From assembly GCF_003334765.1 (NCBI RefSeq), contig NZ_QOWT01000023.1: DNA of 64,000 nt, one strand, 5' to 3'. This stretch comes from Escherichia coli (GTDB lineage Bacteria; Pseudomonadota; Gammaproteobacteria; Enterobacterales; Enterobacteriaceae). The position numbers and the translations under genes were made by a program. Positions 52,552-62,500 of the stretch are shown in pieces (position 1 is the stretch's first letter; the number at the start of each line of letters is the position of its first letter). The notes under the pieces were generated by a model. It was not told the origin of the DNA and made no database searches. It saw only the letters and a program-made list of their open reading frames with translations.

Positions 52552-52925
52552 TTATTCAGTCGGCAGTGCTACGCGCCAGGGGAGCAGTTCGCCGACCCGG
52601 TTTATCGGCCAGTCGGCTATGACGTCAAGGACATAGCGGAGGTAGCTTTCTGGCTCCACTCCGTTCAGTTTGCACGTCCCGATCAGGCTGTACAGCAGCG
52701 CTCCCCGCTCTCCTCCATGATCCGAACCGAAGAACAGGTAATTTTTGCGGCCCAGACTGACCATCCGCAGCGCATTCTCAGCTATGTTGTTATCAGCCTC
52801 GGCCCAGCCGTCGTCAGTATAGTAAGCCAGCGCTGGCCACTGGTTCAGTACGTACGTGAACGCTTTCGCCAGTTCTGAGTGTCGCGACAGGGTTTTCACC
52901 TTTTCACGTAGCCAGCCTTCCAGGG
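52552..52925 (-). pseudogene. IS66 TnpC (orf3) C-terminal fragment
   Basis: ...LEGWLREKVKTLSRHSELAKAFTYVLNQWPALAYYTDDGWAEADNNIAENALRMVSLGRKNYLFFGSDHGGERGA... Confidence 0.85.
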
Positions 52926-52928
52926 ATT

Positions 52929-53192
52929 TCAGTCGCCTTTGTCATCGCGGGCCGACGGCCAGGCGAAGCGGCCACGCTCCAGCCGTTTGGTCAGCAGACA
53001 CAGTCCATCGCCGGTAGACCAGAGGAGCTTTACCTGACTGCCATTACGCCCACGGAAGATAAAAACGTGACCTGACATCGGATCGTCTTTCAGCGTCGTC
53101 TGCACCTTTGCCGCCAGGCCGTTGAAGCCGTTTCTCATATCGGTGATGCCAGCGACGAGCCAGATCTTTGTCCCTGATGGTAATGGGATCAA
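52929..53192 (-). pseudogene. IS66 TnpB (orf2), C-terminally truncated
   Basis: MIPLPSGTKIWLVAGITDMRNGFNGLAAKVQTTLKDDPMSGHVFIFRGRNGSQVKLLWSTGDGLCLLTKRLERGRF..., 87 aa against about 115 expected. Confidence 0.8.
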
Positions 53193-53593
53193 CGTTTGAG
53201 CTCCCTTATCAGCAGGTTCAGGATATTTTCGCTGATGGTACCATTCAAGCGGAGTGAGCCATGCCGGAACGTCACTTCACAGCTGATATTGAGTGATTCA
53301 GGTGCCGCAGCAGCTACAGGTTGTGACCGGGAGGAGGTTGTAGGAACAACATCTTCGGTATCAAGTGTTATGGGGAGCAGCTCAGGCACGCTGTTTTCTG
53401 TTGTTGAAGGAGGGCGTAGTTTTCCTTCGCGCCAGTACTGGCACCACTTGAACAGCAGATTATCGTTGATCTCATGCTCACGAGCGAGTTGCGCTACGGA
53501 GATATCTGGTCGATGCGAGAGTTCAACCATTTTGATTTTGAACTCAACGGGATAATTAGGGCTTTTTTTACGCACTGTGGTTAATGATTTCAT
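53189..53593 (-). CDS. IS66 orf1 (TnpA, HTH)
   Basis: MKSLTTVRKKSPNYPVEFKIKMVELSHRPDISVAQLAREHEINDNLLFKWCQYWREGKL... It overlaps orf2 by 4 bp. Confidence 0.8.
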   Translation of the reverse strand: MKSLTTVRKKSPNYPVEFKIKMVELSHRPDISVAQLAREHEINDNLLFKWCQYWREGKLRPPSTTENSVPELLPITLDTEDVVPTTSSRSQPVAAAAPESLNISCEVTFRHGSLRLNGTISENILNLLIRELKR

Positions 53594-53616
53594 GGATAGT
53601 GTCCACCATATTGAAG

Positions 53617-55026
53617 TGCGCCCCAAAGGTTAGACACCAGACCAAAAACTGAGGATGCATGGAAAAGTTTTCATTGGAGTTCAAAAAGGTAGTATCAGAA
53701 AAGTACCTGGAGGGAGAGTTGAGTCTGAAATCTGTAGCAAGGATGTACGGTATCAGTCCCTGCACAGTAAGAAAATGGGCTTATGCCTATCGGGAACATG
53801 GGATAAGCATACTTACGGGTAAAAAAGGACGCTATTCTGCTGAGTTAAAACTCACAGTAGTAAAAGAAGTCGTGGATGACGGTTTTTCTGTTCGTGAAGT
53901 AACGGTAAAGCACGGAATACCAGCCTTTGGTACTGTATGCAACTGGCTTGAAAAATATAGAAAATATATAGCGAAGATGCTTTCATTCGAAAAAATAAAA
54001 ATAGTATTCCTGTGCCGGATAAAAGCGCCATTTCAGCACCACCACTACCAACATTAACCAAAGATGAGAGAGAAGAACTTGAACAACTCAGGGTCGAGAA
54101 TGCCTACTGAAAAAAGCTGAAAGCCTTGGTTCAGCAGAAAACATGCTCAACGTTCAGGAAAAAGTGAGCATTGTGAATGAACTAAGGCAGGAATGGTCAT
54201 TGTCCCGATTGTTAATTGTTTCCGGGCTTTCCGGAGTACATTTTACTATCATGTCAGACGGCTTGCTGCTCCTGACCGGTATCAGTCTGCCAGAGCGCTT
54301 GTGCTGAAAATTTATCACCAGCACAAAGGCCGCTATGGTTACAGACGCATCAGGCTGGCATGTCGTAACGCGGGGGTTTTACTTAATGGTAAAACCGTCA
54401 GAAAACTGATGAAGGAACTGGGTATTAGCAGCCTGATCCGCGTTAAAAAATACCGTTCATATAAAGGAGAACAAGGACGAATTTGCGATAATCTCCTGAA
54501 ACGCAATTTTGATGCAAAACGCCCTAACGAGAAGTGGGTTACAGATGTCACTGAATTTAAAGTCAATGGCAAGAAGCTGTATTTATCGCCCATCATGGAT
54601 CTTTATAATGGGGAAATAATTTCCTATAACCTCGCTACTCGTCCTCAACCTTCAATGGTGCAGACTATGCTTACGGATGCGCTGAAACAGCTGTCGAAAG
54701 ATGAACACCCCATACTGCACAGCGATCAAGGTTGGCAATATCAGATGTCCCGGTGGCAACGATGATTAAAGGATAGCGGTATAGTCCAGAGTATGTCTCG
54801 TCGGGGAAATTGTCTTGATAATGCAGCAATGGAAAGCTTTTTTAGTACTTTAAAATCAGAATGTTACTATCTAAATAAAAACAATAACTTACATCATCTA
54901 AAGCAAGATATAATTGATTACATTGAATACTACAATCACCATTGCATTAAAGAGAAACTCGATGGCATGAGTCCGGTTCAATATCGACTTAAACATTTTT
55001 CATAGGATGTCCAAGATTTGGGGCGC
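53617..55026 (+). mobile_element. degenerate IS3-family element (1410 bp) with terminal inverted repeats
   Basis: IRL is TGCGCCCCAAAGGTTAGAC (53617-) and IRR is GTCCAAGATTTGGGGCGCA (-55026), with TG...CA termini. The orfA HTH region (53659-) and the DDE orfB are broken into at least 3 pieces (54193-54765, 54793-55005) by stops and frameshifts, for example ENAY*KKLKAL. Confidence 0.8.
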
Positions 55027-55052
55027 AGATCATCAACTAGTGGACGCCTGTT

Positions 55053-55250
55053 ATGAAGCAAAAAACATTATCCGCAGAACCCCGCAGATCATTTTCAAAT
55101 AATTTTAAACTTCAAATGGTTAAACTGGCTTTGCAACCAGGAGCCTCTGTTGCCCGTATCGCCCGGGAACACGATATCAATGTTAACCTCCTGTTCAAAT
55201 GGCTCAGGCTCTGGCAGAACGAAGGGCGTGTTTCGCGGGGATCTGGCTGA
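55053..55250 (+). pseudogene. IS66-family orf1 N-terminal fragment (different family member)
   Basis: MKQKTLSAEPRRSFSNNFKLQMVKLALQPGASVARIAREHDINVNLLFKWLRLWQNEG. It is head-to-head with copy A orf1 and has no downstream orf2/orf3. Confidence 0.7.
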
Positions 55251-55544
55251 TAGCTGGGGTTGTGGGTGTGGTCTTCCTATTGATGAAAAAAACAAGCAAT
55301 TACTTGGCATATTATCTGTAACACTTTAAAACTGTTAAGAAGATCACAATTCATTATGTTTATTATTGTCTGGCCGGAGGGATATTTGTTAAAAAGTGCG
55401 CCGTGTGGTGAATCCCCCTGTGCGGTGGGGCGACTGGTGTACATAGCATTTATTATGTTATGAGCGAAGCCTACGCGGGTTCAGTGACACCGACTGAATT
55501 CACCGGGAGGCACCCGGCACCATGCAACAGACGCAAGTTAGGCT

Positions 55545-56296
55545 AAGCCTTATACCCCTGTAAGTTTTTTACAGGGGTTTTTTGTGCACAGAAAACCCCC
55601 AGCTAGGCTGGGGGTTCCGGAAAGCTTTCAGCTTTGAGCCAGTTATTAAAACCCCTTTTGATTTGTTAAAACACCTTGCGGTCTGGCAACTGCAAGAGTC
55701 AAACAAGAAATCAAAAGGGGTTCCAATGGGGAACGAAAAGAGCTTAGCGCACACCCGATGGAACTGTAAATATCACATAGTTTTTGCGCCAAAATACCGA
55801 AGACAGGTGTTCTACAGAGAGAAGCGTAGAGCAACAGGCAGTATTTTGAGAAAGCTGTGTGAGTGGAAAAGTGTACGGATTCTGGAAGCTGAATGCTGTG
55901 CAGATCATATCCATATGCTTGTGGAGATCCCGCCCAAAATGAGCGTATCCGGCTTTATGGGATATCTGAAAGGGAAAAGCAGTCTGATGCTTTACGAGCA
56001 GTTTGGTGATTTGAAATTCAAATACAGGAACAGGGCGTTCTGGTGCAGGGGGGACTACGTCGATACGGTGGATAAGAATACGGCGAAGATACAGGATTAC
56101 ATAAAGCACCAGCTTGAAGAGGATAAAATGGGAGAGCAGTTATCGATTCCCTATCCGGGCAGCCCGTTTACGGGCCGTAAGTAACGAAGTTGGATGCAAA
56201 TGTCAGATCGTGTGCGCCTGTTAGGGCGCGGCTGGTAAGAGAGTCTTATAGGCGCATTTGAAAAACCTCCGGCCATGCCGGAGGATATTTATTTAT
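55545..56296 (+). mobile_element. IS200-type (IS200/IS605 family) element; boundaries approximate
   Basis: There is a left-end terminator-like hairpin CCCCTGT-N9-ACAGGGG plus T6 (55555-55583), the tnpA gene, and a right-end hairpin CCTCCGGCCATGCCGGAGG (about 56267-56285). Confidence 0.75.
55726..56184 (+). CDS. tnpA: IS200 Y1 (HUH) transposase TnpA
   Basis: 152 aa from the internal ATG, MGNEKSLAHTRWNCKYHIVFAPKYRRQVFY...ADHIHMLVEIPPKMSVSGFMGYLKGKSS, with the HUH motif HIH and the catalytic Y region. Confidence 0.9.
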   Translation: MGNEKSLAHTRWNCKYHIVFAPKYRRQVFYREKRRATGSILRKLCEWKSVRILEAECCADHIHMLVEIPPKMSVSGFMGYLKGKSSLMLYEQFGDLKFKYRNRAFWCRGDYVDTVDKNTAKIQDYIKHQLEEDKMGEQLSIPYPGSPFTGRK

Positions 56297-56700
56297 GTGC
56301 GTCGGGCATGGTGCGTAGCGCCGTGACTGGCGATGTTCTTCAACTCTGGTGGCTGAAGAACGACTAAAAGATGAAAGTCCTTCACTCACCCGGTGAGGGG
56401 AAGTAATAGCGGAAGGCAAGGGGGCATCGCGAGGTGAAATCTGAAGGAAGTCGGATGCAAAATGTTGGCCTGACGAACAGGAAGCGGTTAAGGCGGCGCA
56501 GCGGAGTCAGGTGGTGTAAATCACCAAAGCCCGATACTCACACGGAACGCTGTGACGTACTACCGGCAGGCATAAGCAGGAAAGTCGCGCGAATTACCCC
56601 AGAAGATCTGCAACTCTGCCAGTGTGCTACCGTCCCTGTAACAGCCTGAAGTTGGCCAGGGTAATCAAATACCGGTGTGGTGATTAGGATACAGGGTTCA
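56297..56700 (+). mobile_element. group II intron 5' fragment (domain I; IIC-like), no RT ORF or domain V recognisable
   Basis: It starts with GTGCG. The string GTGCGTCGGGCATGGTGCG...GAAAGTCC...GAAGTAATAGCGGAAGGCAAGGGGGCATCGCGAGGTGAAATCTGAAGGAAGTCGGATGCAAA...CTGACGAACAGGAAGCGG parallels block by block the Oceanobacillus iheyensis IIC intron 5' region as I recall it. The 3' limit is uncertain. Confidence 0.55.
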
Positions 56701-57004
56701 GATGACATCATGGCGCAAGTCATTGAACCTACTAACGACGCCGGATATATGGTCGAAAAGCGCATCGAACAGTATTTGCATCACCCGTGGCGCCCATATA
56801 TGGTCAAGTAATATTGGCCACGGTTTTGCATCATCCATATGGTGTCAGTAGCGTGAGTATTGAGAAGATATCTGGTGAGTATGTCCATACAGTACGGGCA
56901 CGAGCCTTTAGCCGTTTGACTGTTTTGTTTGTACTCATGATCACTTTGGTGATGCCTCTAATTAGTTGAATCTGATGTATAATACGGGCTTTTGAGGTTA
57001 TCTC

Positions 57005-57277
57005 ATGGCCAGCGTTAATATTCATTGTCCCCGTTGTCAGTCAGCTCAGGTTTACCGCCACGGTCAGAGCCCTAAAGGCCATGACAGATTTCGCTGCCGT
57101 GACTGCCATCGTGTGTTTCAGCTCACTTATACTTATCAAGCACGTAAGCCGGGTATGAAAGAGCTGATCACTGAAATGGCCTTTAATGGCGCCGGGGTTC
57201 GCGATACCGCCAGGACACTGAAAATTGGTATTAACACCGTTATCCGGACTTTAAAAAACTCGCGCCAAAGCGAATAA
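57005..57277 (+). CDS. insA: IS1 InsA
   Basis: MASVNIHCPRCQSAQVYRHGQSPKGHDRFRCRDCHRVFQLTYTY..., with a zinc finger and HTH. Confidence 0.9.
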   Translation: MASVNIHCPRCQSAQVYRHGQSPKGHDRFRCRDCHRVFQLTYTYQARKPGMKELITEMAFNGAGVRDTARTLKIGINTVIRTLKNSRQSE

Positions 57278-57699
57278 CGTCTTCGCCTGTTGCCCATGCT
57301 GATGTAGCGCTTATCTGCGAACTTGATGAGCAATGGAGCTACGTTGGCAGTAAAGCCCGGCAGCACTGGCTCTGGTACGCGTACAACACCAAAACAGGCG
57401 GTGTACTGGCCTACACTTTTGGCCCCCGAACCGATGAAACGTGCCGGGAGCTACTGGCGCTGCTTACCCCCTTCAACATCGGCATGCTCACCAGCGACGA
57501 CTGGGGCAGCTATGGCTGGGTGGTGCCGAAGGATAAGCATCTGACCGGCAAAATATTCACCCAACGCATTGAGCGTAATAATCTGACGCTACGCACCCGT
57601 ATTAAGCGGTTGGCTCGTAAAACAATCTGCTTCTCACGCTCAGTTGAGATCCACGAAAAAGTGATCGGAGCGTTTATCGAAAAACACATGTTCTACTAA
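57241..57699 (+). CDS. insB: IS1 InsB' frame (expressed as InsAB' by -1 frameshift)
   Basis: The frame is open through ...KKLAPKRITSSPVAHADVALICELDEQWSYVGSKARQHWLWYAY...RIERNNLTLRTRIKRLARKTICFSRSVEIHEKVIGAFIEKHMFY. Confidence 0.85.
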   Translation, partial: YPDFKKLAPKRITSSPVAHADVALICELDEQWSYVGSKARQHWLWYAYNTKTGGVLAYTFGPRTDETCRELLALLTPFNIGMLTSDDWGSYGWVVPKDKHLTGKIFTQRIERNNLTLRTRIKRLARKTICFSRSVEIHEKVIGAFIEKHMFY

Positions 57700-57717
57700 T
57701 TGGAGGCACTACCTATC

Positions 57718-58597
57718 TTAAGTTAACATTACCCGCTGACGTCGATATTCTCGCGGAGAGCGATAACCCAACGCACTATGCGGATGCCATTCGTTATAAT
57801 AGCTCGAACGCCTCTGTAAGGTTCTTTGCTGCCGTTAACCCGTCTGGTTTGGGCATGATACTGATGTAGTCACGCTTTATCGTTTTCACGAAGCTCTCTG
57901 TTATGCCGTTACTCTCCGGACTCCGCACCGCCGTGTTCTTCGGTTCAAGTCCCAACATCCGGGCGAACTGGCGTGTTTCATTAGCCCGGTAGCATGAACC
58001 ATTATCCGTCAGCCACTCTACTGGAGACGCCGGAAGCTCGTTGCGGAAGCGGCGTTCCACCGCTCCCAGCATGACGTCCTGTACTGTTTCACTGTCGAAG
58101 CCGCCCGTAGTGACCGCCCAGTGCAGTGCCTCACGGTCACAGCAGTCCAGCGCGAACGTGACTCGCAGTTTTTCTCCGTTATCACAGCGGAACTCGAACC
58201 CGTCAGAGCACCATCGCTGATTGCTTTCTTTCACGGCCACTTTGCCAGTATGTGCCCGTTTCGATGGCGGTACAGCGGTTTTTCGCTCAAGCAACAGCGC
58301 ATTCTGGCGCATGATCCGGTAAACACGTTTGGCATTGATCGCAGGCATACCATCAAGTTCGGCCTGTCTGCGAAGCAGCGCCCATACCCGACGATAACCA
58401 TACGTGGGCAGCTCTCCGATAACATGGTATATACGGAGAAGCACATCCGTATCATCTGAGTGACGGCTGCGGCGACCATCTTTCCAGTCATCGGTTCGTC
58501 TGAGAATGACGTGCAACTGCGCACGCGACACCCGGAGACAACGGCTGACTAAGCTTACTCCCCATCCCCGGGCAATAAGGGCGCGTGCGCTATCCAC
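57718..58597 (-). pseudogene. insD: IS2 orfB (InsD) with 3'-proximal frameshift
   Basis: The DDE transposase frame ends early at ...NLTEAFELL* (57794). The conserved tail [18 protein letters not shown] is encoded just downstream in another frame. Confidence 0.75.
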
Positions 58598-58920
58598 TTT
58601 TTTGCACGCCCATATTCAACGGCTTCTTTAAGGATTTCATTTTCCATCGTTTTTTTGCCGAGCAGGCGCTGGAGTTCTTTAATCTGCTTCATGGCAGCAG
58701 CAAGTTCAGAAGCAGGAACGACCTGTTCTCCTGCGGCCACAGCAGTAAGACTTCCCTCCTGGTATTGCTTGCGCCAGAGAAATAACTGGCTGGCTGCCAC
58801 ACCGTGTTGCCGGGCAACAAGGGAGACCGTCATTCCCGGTTCAAAGCTCTGCTGAACAATAGCGATCTTTTCCTGTGTAGTACGCCGTCTGCGTTTCTCC
58901 GGTCCTAAGACATCAATCAT
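58555..58920 (-). CDS. insC: IS2 orfA (InsC)
   Basis: 121 aa from the internal [56 protein letters not shown]... Confidence 0.9.
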   Translation of the reverse strand: MIDVLGPEKRRRRTTQEKIAIVQQSFEPGMTVSLVARQHGVAASQLFLWRKQYQEGSLTAVAAGEQVVPASELAAAMKQIKELQRLLGKKTMENEILKEAVEYGRAKKWIAHAPLLPGDGE

Positions 58921-59516
58921 CTGTTCTCCAATGACTAGTCTAAAAACTAGTATTAAGACTATCACTTATTTAAGTGATATTGGTTGTCTGGAGATTCTGG
59001 GGGCTAGTCTACTCAGTGTGTGAATAATAAATTACACTTTGAAGTGAACGCCAGTCAGGACCATGTCGTATTTCCGGGTGGATGAGCATATATCAGAAAC
59101 TACAATAACTACAGATAACGGTTTTCAGTAATTCTGTCATAACTTGCTGGAATGTAATGTTTTTGTGACATGGTTCTTATTTTTATACACAGGCAGGTTT
59201 TGTCTGGATGGAATGGATAATGAACTCTTATCATTATAAGGCGGTAACCTCTTTTTTATGTGATTAACTTTCATTATTACCACTTCTGTTTATCGATTCA
59301 GCTCTGGAGATACAGAAAAATTCAGTGCAGGTGTATAAATCATCACCATGCGAAATACATAAAATATGTTAACGTTTGTTTTTCGCAGGAAAAATCTTAA
59401 GTGTGGACAGGTATTTCTGATGCCATTTAAAATAGATTCAGAGTGAGTGCCCAGCACTCACTCTTTCCGGATAGACAATACATTTTAATACCATGTAATT
59501 ATATAGCGGGAATTAT

Positions 59517-62500
59517 ATGAATAAAATATACGCGCTTAAATATAGCTCCCTTACTGGTGGGCTTATAGCTGTGTCAGAATTAAGTAAGAAGGTCACAGGA
59601 AAAACCGGCAGAAGATTAATGACGGTTTCCCTGGTATTATCAGTGACTCTTTCTGCTTTACCGGGTAAAGCATCAACGGTCAGCGCAGAAATACCATATC
59701 AGACTTTTCGTGACTTTGCTGAAAATAAAGGTGTGTTTACCCCCGGAGTGACAGGAATTGAAATAAACGACAACAATGGAAATAAAGTTGGGGTTCTTGA
59801 TGTTCCCATGCTTGATTTTTCCAGTCTTTCTCGTGATGGTCATACCACATTGATTCATCCTGGTTATGTTGTATCGGCTAAACATAGTGGTTTACAAAGT
59901 GTTTCATCAGCAACTTTTGGTTATGACCAGATATATAAAATAGTTGATAATAATCTTGCTGGTATAGATTTTTCTGCCCCACGATTAAATAAGCTTGTTA
60001 CAGAAGTAATTCCCGCAGATATACAGGGAAAGGATAAATTTAATAATAACCGTTATACGGCTTTTTACCGTGCGGGCGTTGGCTCTCAATATATCCGTTA
60101 TGCAAATGGCACAGATAAACTACTGCAGGCTTACACTCCAGACAAGGCTTATCTGACCGGCGGAACAGTGGGAAAACCTTATTATACTCACTATAACGGT
60201 ATGAAGATGATTTCAGCAAACCCGGGAAATACCTTTGATAAAAACCAGGGACCTCTTGCCAGTTATGGACAGATTGGAGACAGTGGTTCGCCGTTATATG
60301 CCTGGGATAACATTGACAAAAAATGGGTATTAACTGGAGTTACTCTGCATAATTATGGAGTAAAAGGTGCACGAAATGACTGGCTCCTGATACCTCATGA
60401 CTTTATCAGTCAAAAATTACAGGATGACCTTAAACCAATTATTGTTGCTTCTCCGGAGGAGAATATCTTACGCTGGGAATTTGATCGTTCCAGAGGTACA
60501 GGTACTCTCAGTCAGGGAGAGAAGATTTTTTCCATGACTGGTAGTGTAAACGGAAATGCAAATACCGGGAACAATCTTGTGTTCTCAGGTAATGAAGGGA
60601 AAATCGAACTGGTATCCAGTGTGGAGCAGGGAGCCGGATATCTTCAGTTTGATAAAGACTACACTGTACTGACAAATAATAACAGTACATGGACTGGTGC
60701 CGGAATTATTGTCGGTGACGAGGCAAATGTCAAATGGGGAGTTAATGGCATTGCCGGTGATTATCTGCATAAAGTTGGTTCCGGGACATTAACTGTTAAT
60801 GGTCATGGTGAGAATAAAGGTGGCCTTAAAGTTGGGGACGGCGTTGTTGTTCTTGAGCAACAGCCAGATGCAAACCAGAAACAACAGGCGTTTAGCCATA
60901 TCAATATAGCCAGTGGTCGGGCAACAGTTAAACTTAACGGGGCAAACCAGGTAGATGCAGATAATATCAGTTGGGGATATCGGGGTGGGAAACTGGATTT
61001 AAATGGGTATGATTTTACCTTTTCCCGTCTTCAGGCTGCAGATTATGGTGCTGAAATCAGCAACGATAATCAGACAGATAAATCCATAGTCACACTTTCG
61101 TTATCTCCTCTGAAAGCAGAAGAAATAAATGTGGTTGTTAATAATATAAATATAATGGGGGGGGCAGGCAAACCAGGTGATCTGTATTATACGACCTTTG
61201 ACGGAAATTATTATCTGTTGAAAAGTAACCGATATGGCAGCGCTTTGTTTGGCGCGCTGAATAATCAGAGCGAATGGCAAAGGCTGGGTAAGAATAAAGA
61301 AAAAGCAATTGGGTTATATACACAGATGAAAATGCAGGAAAGCGATCTTTTATCATATATATATCATGGAAAAATAACCGGTAATACCAGTGTGGAAATA
61401 CCCAAACTGGCAGGCAATGATATTTTAACGCTTGATGGCTCTGTCAGTATATCAGGAGATATGTCAAAACAGGACGGTGCTCTTATCTTCCAGGGACACC
61501 CGGTTATTCATGCAGGGCAAACTGTTTCTGCATCGCAGAGTGACTGGGAGAACAGGGAGTTCTCACTCAACAATCTGAATCTTAATAATGCGGACTTCAG
61601 TCTGTCCCGTAATGCATTTATGAACGGGAATATCAGGGCCGTTAACCAGAGCACTGTTATTATCGGCGGAGATACAGTCTTTACTGATAAAAATGACGGA
61701 ACAGGTAATGATGTCATCAGTGTTGAAGGGAAATCTGCTGCCGCAGGAACATCCTCCTATACAGGGCATATCACTCTGGAGCAAAAATCAGCACTGGATA
61801 TCCGCGATAATTTTCGTGGCGGGGTTACGTCTGAAGACAGTCATATCAATGTTTCTTCATCTTCAGTCTTGTTCTCAGATGCATCGTCATTTATAAACAG
61901 CTCCCTGAATATTCATAAAGGAGGTGCGCTGACCGCTCAGGGAGGGCTGTTTACAAGTGGAAGCATTGATATTGGTGACGCTTCCCTTCTGCTTACCGGT
62001 ACACCAGTGAATTCAGATGATGCTGCTTTTTTACCGACCATCAATATGGCTGATGGCGGATTTAAACTGATGTCTGATTCATCAGTACTGAAAGCCAGAG
62101 ACCAGGCATCTGTTGTTGGTGATATTATTTCTGATAAACAGGCCACAATCAGCTTCGGAACTGAATCAGGTAAAGAGGGCATATTGTCTGAGAAGGCATC
62201 CCGGGGACTCGCGGTAGGATTACTGAGTGGTTTTAATACGGCATACCGCGGTGCAATTCATGCCCCGTCAGCATCTGCCACTATGAACAACACCTGGTGG
62301 CAACTGACAGGAGACTCCTCACTTCGCTCGTTAAAAAATACCGGAAGCATGACATATTTTACAGGAAGTGCAGCGAATAAAGCATTCCATACACTGACGG
62401 TTGATGAGCTGACGACGAATGGCACTGCGTATGCCATGCGTACGGACCTGAAAAATGCGGATAAGCTGGTAGTAAACCAAAAGCTGTCAGGTAAGGATAA

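Larger units (their letters stand above)
52515..53616 (-). mobile_element. IS66-family element, internally deleted and left-end truncated (copy A)
   Basis: The terminus is GTAAGCGTGCAGCAAGAACC at 52515. It carries tnpC's last ~125 codons, tnpB lacking its C-terminus, and an intact-looking orf1. It is about 1.1 kb where the family normally runs about 2.4-2.7 kb. Confidence 0.85.
56948..57713 (+). mobile_element. IS1-family element (766 bp), apparently intact
   Basis: IRs are GGTGATGCCTCTAATTAGT and (reverse complement) GGTAGTGCCTCCAATTAGT. It has insA, the A6C frameshift motif TTAAAAAACTC (about 57250), and an open insB' frame to 57699. Confidence 0.9.
57714..59011 (-). mobile_element. IS2-like (IS3 family) element, right end truncated at the IS1 boundary
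   Basis: The reverse complement of 58911-59011 is TAGACTAGCCCCCAGAATCTCCAGACAACCAATATCACTTAAATAAGTGATAGTC..., near-identical to the IS2 IRL as I recall it. Only 4 bp follow the orfB stop, so the IRR is missing. Confidence 0.85.

Noticed and set aside
52549-52878. 109-aa plus-strand ORF and other ORFs antisense to IS66, IS2 and IS1 transposase genes.
   Set aside because: They are shadows of recognisable transposase frames.
55251-55544. Unassigned tract with a GGTGAAT...ATTCACC imperfect palindrome (about 55407-55504) and a GTGCGCC string at about 55396. It was considered as an ERIC-like repeat or a second group II intron start.
   Set aside because: Only the first few bases resemble ERIC or the intron 5' consensus. 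No further conserved blocks could be recognised by eye.
56702-56969. Short ORFs after the intron domain-I fragment (MAQVIEPTNDAGYMVEKRIEQYL..., and 56787-56969), considered as the start of the intron reverse transcriptase.
   Set aside because: The translations do not resemble RT domain 0/1 motifs in any frame. The frames are broken and run into IS1.
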